Assembly: GCF_000025665.1 (NCBI RefSeq)
Contig: NC_013926.1
Span: 540,001-572,000, forward strand
From: Aciduliprofundum boonei T469
GTDB lineage: Archaea; Thermoplasmatota; Thermoplasmata; Thermoplasmatales; Aciduliprofundaceae
DNA length: 32,000 nt
Direction: 5' to 3'
The position numbers and the translations under genes are program-made. The first letter of the stretch is position 1, and each line of letters starts with the position of its first letter. Shown piece after piece: positions 8,068 to 15,966 of the stretch. The notes under the pieces are model-generated. The model had not been told where the DNA came from. It saw nothing but the letters and a program-made list of their open reading frames with translations, and did no database searches.

Positions 8068-8709
8068 ATGCTCAAGCTCGTGATATTTGACTTGGATCAG
8101 ACTTTAATCAACACACTCCCTCGCTTTTATCGTATATTCAATCTTGCATTAGAGCATTTTGGGGGCAAGAAAATCGATTGGGATACATTTATGAAAGATT
8201 ATGAGGAGGATACTCTCAACAGGCATGTGCCTGGGGGGCCCAAAGAGTTCTGGGATTACTTTCTCTCTCATTACAACGATATTATGTGTGAGAAGGATAA
8301 GCTAATTGATGGAGCAGAGGATGTTCTTAAATTCTTGAAGGAGAAGGGCATAAATGTCGTGATTACCACGGGTAGGATGGTTTCCGCGGAGGAAGTTTGG
8401 GATGAGCTTCGCAGGTTTGGAATCGATAAGTATGTGGATTTTGTATATACTCGCCTTGATGGATATGGGGATGGACGCAGAAGAACGGAATTGATAAGGG
8501 AGGCAATGAAGAAATTTAATGCTTCCAAGGATGAGACAATGCTCGTGGCAGATTACTGGCCAGATATGCAATCTGGCAGAGAAGTGGGGATATTTACCAT
8601 AGGAGTGCTTACAGGATTTGAGAGCGAAGAAAAATTAAGGGAGAATGGGGCAGATGTTGTTATTCCCAGCGTGAAAGATTTGATAGATGTTATTAAGAAT
8701 CGGCTTTAA
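8068..8709 (+). CDS. HAD-superfamily phosphatase (phosphoglycolate phosphatase-like)
   Basis: I trim the track ORF 7954..8709 to the ATG at 8068 (MLKLVIFDLDQTLINT), which gives HAD motif I DxDxT at the N-terminus. Motif II is VITTGR and motif IV-like is VADYWPDMQSG. A TATATATT box at 8040-8047 lies 21 nt upstream. Confidence 0.8.
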   Translation: MLKLVIFDLDQTLINTLPRFYRIFNLALEHFGGKKIDWDTFMKDYEEDTLNRHVPGGPKEFWDYFLSHYNDIMCEKDKLIDGAEDVLKFLKEKGINVVITTGRMVSAEEVWDELRRFGIDKYVDFVYTRLDGYGDGRRRTELIREAMKKFNASKDETMLVADYWPDMQSGREVGIFTIGVLTGFESEEKLRENGADVVIPSVKDLIDVIKNRL

Positions 8710-8733
8710 GTACAACTTTCTCTTTCTCCAAGT

Positions 8734-10554
8734 ATGGAATTAAAGCACAGGGATGGCCTTGCGAGAATTTGTAAATTTAGAGGGGTTGAGACGCCAAATT
8801 TAATGCCTGTTGTAAATCCCAATAAGATTGTAATTTCTCCAAGGGATATGTATGAGAGATTTGGAGTTAATGCGCTGATAACGAATTCTTACATAATATG
8901 GAAAACCCCGAGATTGAGGGAGAGGGCTTTAAAAGAAGGATTGCATAACATGCTTGATTTCCCGGGATTGATTATGACCGATAGTGGCACTTTTCAGCAG
9001 CATGTTTACGGTGATGTAGAGGTCACAAACAAGCAAATTGTGGAGTTTCAGAGGGATATCGGTTCGGATATAGGCACAATGCTTGATGTATTCACAGAGC
9101 CCCATTACACGGAGGAGGAGGTTAAAAACGCCATAGATGAGACGGCTCGCAGAGGGAAGGAGGCGAAGAAGTACAAGGGTAATATGCTTCTTGCAGGCCC
9201 TATTCAGGGCTCAATATATCCGAAGTTGAGGGCTTACGCCTCAAAGCTCATGAACCGTATTGATTTTGATTATTATCCTATCGGGGGAGTTGTTCCTCTT
9301 ATGGAAGAGTATCGCTATGCTGAGGTAGTGGAAGCCATAATAATGGCTAAAAAGTATTTAGATCCTTCAAAGCCAGTTCATCTCTTTGGTGCAGGCCATC
9401 CCATGTTCTTCCCACTCGCAGCCCTGTTGGGTGTGGATTTCTTTGATTCCGCCGCTTATATAAAATACGCAAGAGATAACCGCCTTCTATTCCCTCAAGG
9501 CACGATGTATTTAAAGGAAATTAAGTATTTTCCATATTATTCTCCCGCTTTGGAGAATTATACTCCAGAAGATCTCAGAGCCATGCCCGAGGAGAAGAGG
9601 ACTAAGATTTTGGCGGAGCACAATTTGTATATGAGTATGGAGGAGATCAATCGCATAAAAGAGGCAATTATTGAAGAGAGAATTTGGGAGTACGCTGAGA
9701 TTCGTGCTAGACAGCATCCCCAATTGCTCAGGGCATATCGCAAAATTTTGAAGCATCGCAGATTCTTGGAGAAATTTGAGCCAAAATCAAGGAAGAATGC
9801 CTTTTTTTATACGGGAGAGGAGAGCATGCAAAGACCCTTCGTTCTAGGGATTAAGAGAAGGTTAAGGCAATTTGATAGGCATGTAATTTTAGAGTTGCCA
9901 AGGCCATGGAGCGCGAATTTGGAAACCATTCCGAAAGATGCAGCCGTAAATACACCCTTCGGACTCGTACCTTTAGAGCTTGAAGATAGTTACCCATTTG
10001 CTCAGAGTGAATTTCCTTGGGAAGAGAGAAAGATTGTGCCAGAATTCAAAGAAATTATGAGCGCAAAAGAATTTGATATTGCAAAGATAAAGAGCATTGC
10101 AGATTATCAATTTGCCAAAGGCGCAGGCGATGCGCTCTTCGAAGGAGAAATAAAAATAATAAAATCAAAGAATACTGGCAAGATAAGAAATGTGGTTGTG
10201 GATGGTGAGCATATTGCATCCCTCCGCGCCGAGGATGGATTATTTACCCTAAAACTTGCAGGAGCAAAAAGATTGCACAGGGCTTTTGCATTTCATAAGT
10301 TCAGGGTTATTGTGAATGAAGACTCCGCTCAATTCAACAGGCAGGGTAAGAATGTGTTTTCAAAATTTGTTATGGGATGCGATGATAGCATACGGCCCGG
10401 AGATGAGGTTCTTGTTGTTGACAGAGAAGATAACTTAGTGGCCATAGGCAAAGCAATTATGAATTGCTGGGAGATGAAAAAATTTTCAAAGGGCATGTGC
10501 GTTAAGGTGCGTGAGGGTGTGGAGCATGAGAAATCAAGATTGGTAAAGAAGTAA
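8734..10554 (+). CDS. tgtA: Archaeosine tRNA-guanine transglycosylase (ArcTGT) with a C-terminal PUA domain
   Basis: 606-aa ORF. Catalytic-region motifs MTDSGTFQ and VDFFDSAAY. LAEHNLY segment. C-terminal PUA-like IRPGDEVLVVDREDNLVAIGKAIM. See the finding on the missing Zn-binding cysteines. Confidence 0.9.
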   Translation: MELKHRDGLARICKFRGVETPNLMPVVNPNKIVISPRDMYERFGVNALITNSYIIWKTPRLRERALKEGLHNMLDFPGLIMTDSGTFQQHVYGDVEVTNKQIVEFQRDIGSDIGTMLDVFTEPHYTEEEVKNAIDETARRGKEAKKYKGNMLLAGPIQGSIYPKLRAYASKLMNRIDFDYYPIGGVVPLMEEYRYAEVVEAIIMAKKYLDPSKPVHLFGAGHPMFFPLAALLGVDFFDSAAYIKYARDNRLLFPQGTMYLKEIKYFPYYSPALENYTPEDLRAMPEEKRTKILAEHNLYMSMEEINRIKEAIIEERIWEYAEIRARQHPQLLRAYRKILKHRRFLEKFEPKSRKNAFFYTGEESMQRPFVLGIKRRLRQFDRHVILELPRPWSANLETIPKDAAVNTPFGLVPLELEDSYPFAQSEFPWEERKIVPEFKEIMSAKEFDIAKIKSIADYQFAKGAGDALFEGEIKIIKSKNTGKIRNVVVDGEHIASLRAEDGLFTLKLAGAKRLHRAFAFHKFRVIVNEDSAQFNRQGKNVFSKFVMGCDDSIRPGDEVLVVDREDNLVAIGKAIMNCWEMKKFSKGMCVKVREGVEHEKSRLVKK

Positions 10555-10592
10555 TTGAAAAATTTTAAATAGCTAATGCTATTGAGAGGTGG

Positions 10593-11066
10593 ATGAAAGC
10601 ACCAAAAATATGGAAACTCTGTGTTATCGGCGATAAAGCAGTGGGCAAAACCTCTTTGATCAGGAGATTCGTTTATGGTACATTTGAGCCGGAGGTTGAG
10701 GAGACATTAGAATCTCGAGCTTACAAGAAAAAATTTGGAGATGTGACCTTCTTGATTTGGGATGTTAGTGTTTATGAGCAGAACATAAAACCAATACTCT
10801 CTGGTGCTAAGGCTGTTATCATCGTGGGAGACTTAACAAGAAAAGAAACATTGGATACTATGAATCAAATTTCTCAATTCTTAGATGGGCACAAGGGTGA
10901 GAGAGTCTTTGTTGCCAATAAGAGTGATTTGAAGTATATGGCTCAGTTTTGGAAGGATGACCTTGAAGAAATATGTGATGGTGTTGCTCCTTATTTCCTG
11001 ACAAGTGCGAAAACTGGTGAGAATGTTGATGATGTATTCAAATATATCTTGGAAGATGCTGTATGA
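10593..11066 (+). CDS. Small Ras/Rab-like GTPase with a degenerate G3 motif
   Basis: 157-aa ORF. G1 is GDKAVGKTS, G4 is NKSD and G5 is SAK. The G3 position reads WDVSVYEQ instead of WDTAGQE. The stop overlaps the endA start (ATGA). Confidence 0.8.
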   Translation: MKAPKIWKLCVIGDKAVGKTSLIRRFVYGTFEPEVEETLESRAYKKKFGDVTFLIWDVSVYEQNIKPILSGAKAVIIVGDLTRKETLDTMNQISQFLDGHKGERVFVANKSDLKYMAQFWKDDLEEICDGVAPYFLTSAKTGENVDDVFKYILEDAV

Positions 11067-11932
11067 AAAGAACAATTTGCAACTCTCTTGCGGACAAGCT
11101 TTATTCAAGAGGTTTTGGGAATAGAGATGGGAAATGCATAGAACTCTCTTGGGTTGAGTTTGCATATCTCTCCGAGAAAGGAATTTTGGATTACGATTTT
11201 GAAGATGTTGTTAAGAAAGCATCTAGAGAAGTACCAAATTTTGATATTCTATTCATCGTTTACAGGGATTTGAGGGAGCGTGGCTATGTTTTGAAGGATA
11301 GGGGCAATTATTTTATGGGCCGCAAGAACTATTCAATGGCTTTTTACCCTCTTTCCGATATGGATTATTTTGATGTGAGTGAATTTGTAGAGAAGCAATA
11401 CCCCTTAATCCTATCCATCGTGGATTTTGATGGAGAAGTAACCTATTATTTGGTTGATATGGTAGAGCCTAAGGGAACTTATTTCAAAATTCCCAAAGAA
11501 GAGCTGAATTTTGAGATTTATGGGAAAAGGGCTTTTGTTTTTACAAATTTGCAGGATTTTGAGAATTTGACATATGGAAGGAACGAGGGAACATGGGGGC
11601 ATCTTAGCCTGCTTGAAATTAAATACCTTGCGGAAAATGGGGTGGTGGGAAAAAATCCACAAGTTGAAGGAGTTTATGATATTTACAAGGATTTGAGAAA
11701 TAGGGGTTTGATAGTAAAATCGGGATTCAAATACGGCACTCATTTTAGAGTTTATGAGAATAGTATGGAAGAGCATTCCAAGTACCTCGTTCATTTAATT
11801 TCCGAGAGAGAAGAGATTCAGAAGATAAGCCGTGCAGTTCGTGTTGCCCATGGAGTTAGAAAAACTCTGCTTCTTGCACATAATTTAAATGGGAAAATTG
11901 TTTATTTCAGTGTATCTTGGATCAGGCCTTAA
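11063..11932 (+). CDS. endA: tRNA-splicing endonuclease, two-repeat (alpha-prime-2 type) form
   Basis: 289-aa ORF. The C-terminal catalytic unit has YGTHFRVY, HSKYLVH and RVAHGVRK (Tyr/His/Lys triad context). The N-terminal half is a degenerate repeat, as in fused homodimeric euryarchaeal enzymes. Confidence 0.9.
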   Translation: MKRTICNSLADKLYSRGFGNRDGKCIELSWVEFAYLSEKGILDYDFEDVVKKASREVPNFDILFIVYRDLRERGYVLKDRGNYFMGRKNYSMAFYPLSDMDYFDVSEFVEKQYPLILSIVDFDGEVTYYLVDMVEPKGTYFKIPKEELNFEIYGKRAFVFTNLQDFENLTYGRNEGTWGHLSLLEIKYLAENGVVGKNPQVEGVYDIYKDLRNRGLIVKSGFKYGTHFRVYENSMEEHSKYLVHLISEREEIQKISRAVRVAHGVRKTLLLAHNLNGKIVYFSVSWIRP

Positions 11933-11953
11933 TGTTTTAATAGGAAAAGATGC

Positions 11954-14900
11954 ATGAAGGTTAGAATGGTGGAAACTGTCAAGATAAAAGCGGTGGTAAT
12001 TCTATCAATCCTCGTTATTGCTATAGGCATTCCCGCCATATATTATGCTTCAACAGAAAGGCAACCTACAAACAATCCTCCCGTGGCCATAATAACCGCC
12101 CCGTCTAGGGGATATACGGATACTCCCATAGAATTTTCCGCAGCTAATTCTATTGATGATGGTTTTATTCTAACTTACATTTGGGATTTTGGAGACGGAA
12201 CAAAATCTGCCGGTAAGATTGTGTATCACACTTACAGAGAAGAGGGGAACTATACCGTTACTTTGGTGGTATATGATAATGAGGGAGCATACTCCTATGC
12301 AAAGAAAATGATCACCATTGAGAAAAAGCAAGTCAAGGAAATTAAGGTATCAGTTAATGAATTATTAAAGAATGTTTCTGCTTACATAGGTAAGGAAGTT
12401 GTTGTGGATGGTATATTTGGATATGGACGCAATTACAGTTTCTTCCTTGTAAATAATTCAGGGTACAGAGGTATAAGGGTTTATGTAGAACCTGGAGCTC
12501 AAAGGCCAGAAACTATGCATTATGGAGATATCTTGGAAGTTCGTGCAAGATTTACAGTTTATAGAAATGAATTCGAGTTGAAAGTTGAGAACAATAGCAA
12601 GGATTATGTGAAAATAATAGGGTCTGGTGGAAAGAACACTTATGCTAATATAACCCTTCAAAATTGGCAAGAATACAACAATTCATTTATCCATCTAACG
12701 GGTAAGGTAACAAAGGTTTATGCCTCTTATAGATATTCCATAGGTCCCTTAACTGTTTACATATCCTTCAATGCCAACCGTACTGGGTCTCCTGCAGTAG
12801 GGGATGTTTTTGAAGTTCAAGGATTTTTAACTTATTATCGTTCTTACAAGTACAATGTGAGCTATATGGAAATTTATGTGCGCAACTCCACGGCTGATTT
12901 CTCCAAATATGTAAAATCTACCTATCAAAATGTGTCTATGAACTCTTTGCTTGAAGAACCAGATACTTACAATAACTCTGCCGTGCATATTCCATCAGCA
13001 TTTGTCATATCTTCCTACGCTTCTTGGAATTTTGAGGTGAGCGATAACATAAGCAATAATGCATCTATGCATGTTTATGTTGAAAGAGGAGGTATTGTCA
13101 AGGGAATGATATTTAATGGCGCAAAGGTAGAAATATGGGGAAATTTAGTGCTCTATCGTGGGCAGTGGGAGATAAAAATTAGAAATGCTACAACTGATAA
13201 GGTTTTAGTTTTGAGCAAGCCAGAATATAAGAATATATCCGTAGATAAACTCCTTGGAAATCCACAAGTTTACAATGGAAGCAATGTGCACTCTTGGGGA
13301 ATAATAAGTTGGTTATATCAGAATGAGAGCTCTCATTTTACCCTCTTCGGGCTTTTCTGGAATGGAAGCGAGGTAAAAGTTGTAGGATTCAATGGTTCTA
13401 GTATAGGGAGTATTCAAGAGGGATACTATGCAGATGTTTATGGAGAATTCACCTCTTATAGGGGAGAATGGGAGATTAAAATCAGGCCCAAGAGCTATGA
13501 TTATGTTGTGGCACATCCTCAAAGTTATAGAACGACAAATATCACTTCAATCCTTAAAGCTCCTGAAGATTACAACAACACTTTAGTTTATGTGCCTTAT
13601 GCGAAGGTTAAAAATGTGTTTGCAAACTGGCTTTTCTGGGTTAGCAATAATGTTTCAAATCCTAATGATTTGTCAGTGTATGTTGAGCGTGGCGGGATTG
13701 TAAATGGCACTCCTTATTTCAACGCTACAGTGGAAATATGGGGTATGGTCACGCAGTACAATGGCTCATGGGAGCTGAAAATAAGAAACAATACAGATGA
13801 CAAAGTTGTTGTGATTAGCAACGCAACATATAAAGAGGTATCAATAACCACGCTCTTGAGCTCACCTTTTAAGTATAACAATACTTTGGTTTATGTACCT
13901 GAGGCAACGGTGGTGAGTGTATACAATGCCTCCTGGCTATTCTGGATAAGTAATTCCACAAATTCCACCGAGGATGTTAGCGTATATGTGGAAAAAGGAG
14001 CTCATATAGATGCCCAGGTTTATGTCGGAGCGAAGGTTGAAGTGTGGGGTATGGTTACCCGATTTAATGGGAAATGGGAGATAAAGATAAGGGCAAACTC
14101 TGGGGATAATGTCAAGCTCATAACCCCAATTAGCAATTACACGGTGGTTAATATAACAGAACTCTTGGAGAATACAAGCGCTTATAATGGTACCCTTGTG
14201 GAAATACCAAATGCCACGGTGGTAAATGTATACGCTTCTTGGTTATTCTGGGTAAGCAATTCCACTGCGGATATCAAGGATATTGCAGTTTATGCTGAGA
14301 AAGGTGTGAAAGTCCCAACCTTGGGCAAAGGTGATACTGTCAAGATTTATGGAAATGTTACATATCATAATGGCTCATACGAGATACTTTTGCGGACAGG
14401 TACGCAAGATAAAGTCGTGGTTTTGCATTCCTCCGCTAAATATGTGAATCTGTCCTATTTGCACGAGGTGGATAGCAATGGGACTCTTATACATCTAGGC
14501 GAGCAAGTTATCGTGAATGCAACGGTTATTTCTTCTCCAGGGGTATTTTCGTTCACCTCAAGCAGTGGAAAGCCCATACTGAAAATGTATGTGGAAGATT
14601 CCACGGGGGGTGTTTTGGTATTTGGTTATGATATGGATTATGCAAAGTTGAATTTAACGGAAGGAGATATGGTACAGATTAGGGGTACAATAGCGCAGTA
14701 TAATGGGGAAGCAGAGCTTAAGATATCATCTCTTAATTACATAACTTATCTTAGAAAAGGGACAGTACCAAGTCCTCTGGTCATACCTACTGGGTATTTC
14801 TCCAATTGGAGCGCTGCAGAGAAGGTTGAGGGCATGCTTGTAAAAGTTCACGGCACTGTCACAAGCGTAAACCAGAATTATGGATATTTTTATCTGGATG

Positions 14901-15208
14901 ATGGGAGCGGTGCAGTAGAGATATATGCAAAAGCAGCAGGCATAGATATTTCAAATATTTCTCAGGGGGAGAATCTAACGGTTATAGGTGTAGTGTCTCA
15001 ATACGATAAGACATCGCCTTACACCAGTTATTATGAGATATTGCCTAGATATGCATCGGATATAATGCAGAATAATACATCATCGAAAGTTAGTGATAAA
15101 AATTTTGTAGGAAATTGGAAAGATAGTGAATTTGGTACATACTTGGAAGAGGTGTATGTATGGAGGATAGATACTGTCCTAATTGCGGCAGATATGTGGG
15201 TTCATTAG
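11954..15208 (+). CDS. Giant N-terminally anchored surface protein: TM, one PKD domain and nine OB-fold-like modules
   Basis: 1084-aa ORF. Signal anchor AVVILSILVIAIGIPAIYYA. PKD module (IEFSAANS..YIWDFGDGT..GNYTVTLVVYDNEG). Nine modules of about 100 aa end in Y-x-G-x-W/F-E-I/L-K-I/V-R. The last two carry D-x-T/S-G (YVEDSTGGVLVF, YLDDGSGAVEIY). It has dozens of N-x-S/T sequons. The start could be the Met at 11966, which is 24 nt downstream of TTTTAATA at 11935-11942. Confidence 0.85.
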   Translation: MKVRMVETVKIKAVVILSILVIAIGIPAIYYASTERQPTNNPPVAIITAPSRGYTDTPIEFSAANSIDDGFILTYIWDFGDGTKSAGKIVYHTYREEGNYTVTLVVYDNEGAYSYAKKMITIEKKQVKEIKVSVNELLKNVSAYIGKEVVVDGIFGYGRNYSFFLVNNSGYRGIRVYVEPGAQRPETMHYGDILEVRARFTVYRNEFELKVENNSKDYVKIIGSGGKNTYANITLQNWQEYNNSFIHLTGKVTKVYASYRYSIGPLTVYISFNANRTGSPAVGDVFEVQGFLTYYRSYKYNVSYMEIYVRNSTADFSKYVKSTYQNVSMNSLLEEPDTYNNSAVHIPSAFVISSYASWNFEVSDNISNNASMHVYVERGGIVKGMIFNGAKVEIWGNLVLYRGQWEIKIRNATTDKVLVLSKPEYKNISVDKLLGNPQVYNGSNVHSWGIISWLYQNESSHFTLFGLFWNGSEVKVVGFNGSSIGSIQEGYYADVYGEFTSYRGEWEIKIRPKSYDYVVAHPQSYRTTNITSILKAPEDYNNTLVYVPYAKVKNVFANWLFWVSNNVSNPNDLSVYVERGGIVNGTPYFNATVEIWGMVTQYNGSWELKIRNNTDDKVVVISNATYKEVSITTLLSSPFKYNNTLVYVPEATVVSVYNASWLFWISNSTNSTEDVSVYVEKGAHIDAQVYVGAKVEVWGMVTRFNGKWEIKIRANSGDNVKLITPISNYTVVNITELLENTSAYNGTLVEIPNATVVNVYASWLFWVSNSTADIKDIAVYAEKGVKVPTLGKGDTVKIYGNVTYHNGSYEILLRTGTQDKVVVLHSSAKYVNLSYLHEVDSNGTLIHLGEQVIVNATVISSPGVFSFTSSSGKPILKMYVEDSTGGVLVFGYDMDYAKLNLTEGDMVQIRGTIAQYNGEAELKISSLNYITYLRKGTVPSPLVIPTGYFSNWSAAEKVEGMLVKVHGTVTSVNQNYGYFYLDDGSGAVEIYAKAAGIDISNISQGENLTVIGVVSQYDKTSPYTSYYEILPRYASDIMQNNTSSKVSDKNFVGNWKDSEFGTYLEEVYVWRIDTVLIAADMWVH
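12335..15060 (+). repeat. Intragenic tandem array of nine diverged modules of about 300-309 nt (about 100 aa, OB-fold-like)
   Basis: In-frame module-start Tyr codons at 12641, 12923, 13226, 13526, 13829, 14138 and 14441 give periods of 282-309 nt. Recurrent strings: Y-x-N-[IV]-[ST]...LL..P..YN[NG][ST]; ASWLFWVSNST; VYVE[RK]G; VE[IV]WG.V..[YF][NR]G.WE[IL]KIR. Copies differ heavily at synonymous sites (compare 13929-13960 with 14233-14264). Confidence 0.8.
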
Positions 15209-15966
15209 AAGTTTGCCCGTACTGTGGCACTAAGATACCAAAGCATACCGGGTATTATTACGCAAAATATGGTGCTTTAACATTTGCTCTCATAGGTATA
15301 GTTCTCCTTTTAATATTTGCTCAAAATGTGCCTGTACAGTATGTGCACATAAAGGACATATCTCAAACATATAATTACGGCACTGTTGAGATAAAAGGTA
15401 TAGTTTCTTCTGCACCATCCTTGATAGTTTATAAGGAGGGATCCGCTACACTTTACATAGATGTGGATGATGGCACTGGAATAATGAGCGTGCATGTGTA
15501 TAGTCCAACTGTAGAAAAATTGGCAAAGGCGAATAAGCTCCCGGGATATGGCGAGTATGTGGATGTCATAGGAGAGGTGTATATAAGGGGAAGCAACATT
15601 TATATGATTGTTAACTCACCGGAGGAGATTAATATAATCAAGCCAAAACCCGTGCAGATGAGTATAGCGGATATTAATAGTATAGAATATCCTTATGCAA
15701 AATATGTGAGGGTTGAGTTGAATGCAACCGTTCTAAAAGTTTATGAAACTTCGAGGGGTAGTTATGTCCTAAATATAACTGATGGGACAGGTTATATGGA
15801 TATGTATCTTCCATATTCGGTGGTGTATTTTAGCAATATGGATGTAAAATCTCTTGAAGGTAAGAAAATAAATGTGGTGGGTTCTATAGAATGGTATGGC
15901 AGTTTTATGAATGGCTATTGGGAACTCATACCAAGCGACATTAATGATATAAAGGTGATAGGATGA
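15160..15966 (+). CDS. Zinc-ribbon, single-TM, 2x OB-fold membrane protein
   Basis: 268-aa ORF. N-terminal CPNCGRYVGSLEVCPYCG. TM YGALTFALIGIVLLLIFA. Two OB-like modules carry DxTG signatures (YIDVDDGTGIMSVHVY; VLNITDGTGYMDMYL). It overlaps the preceding gene by 49 nt. Confidence 0.8.
   Translation: MEDRYCPNCGRYVGSLEVCPYCGTKIPKHTGYYYAKYGALTFALIGIVLLLIFAQNVPVQYVHIKDISQTYNYGTVEIKGIVSSAPSLIVYKEGSATLYIDVDDGTGIMSVHVYSPTVEKLAKANKLPGYGEYVDVIGEVYIRGSNIYMIVNSPEEINIIKPKPVQMSIADINSIEYPYAKYVRVELNATVLKVYETSRGSYVLNITDGTGYMDMYLPYSVVYFSNMDVKSLEGKKINVVGSIEWYGSFMNGYWELIPSDINDIKVIG

Noticed and set aside
7992-8075. N-terminal extensions of track ORFs: 7392..8075, 7954..8709, 6729..7325, 5615..6025, 19764..21020, 25001..25540 and 23779..24996.
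   Set aside because: The longest-ORF starts add non-conserved, Cys/Trp/His-rich peptides. They overlap neighbouring genes or TATA boxes. Internal ATGs give canonical N-termini (MYLIVE.. for Rpo7, DxDxT at residue 8 for HAD, GxGxxG for GGR) and the usual TATA spacing.
12335-15060. The tandem repeats as a possible CRISPR array or satellite.
   Set aside because: The repeat unit is about 300 nt, in frame, protein-coding and diverged. There are no short identical direct repeats with unique spacers anywhere in the window, and no cas genes.
15160-15208. A 49-nt overlap between the giant ORF and the next gene, considered as a possible programmed frameshift or fusion.
   Set aside because: The downstream gene has its own ATG directly preceding a complete zinc ribbon. 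I saw no slippery heptamer. The paralogue at 15963 has the same stand-alone architecture.
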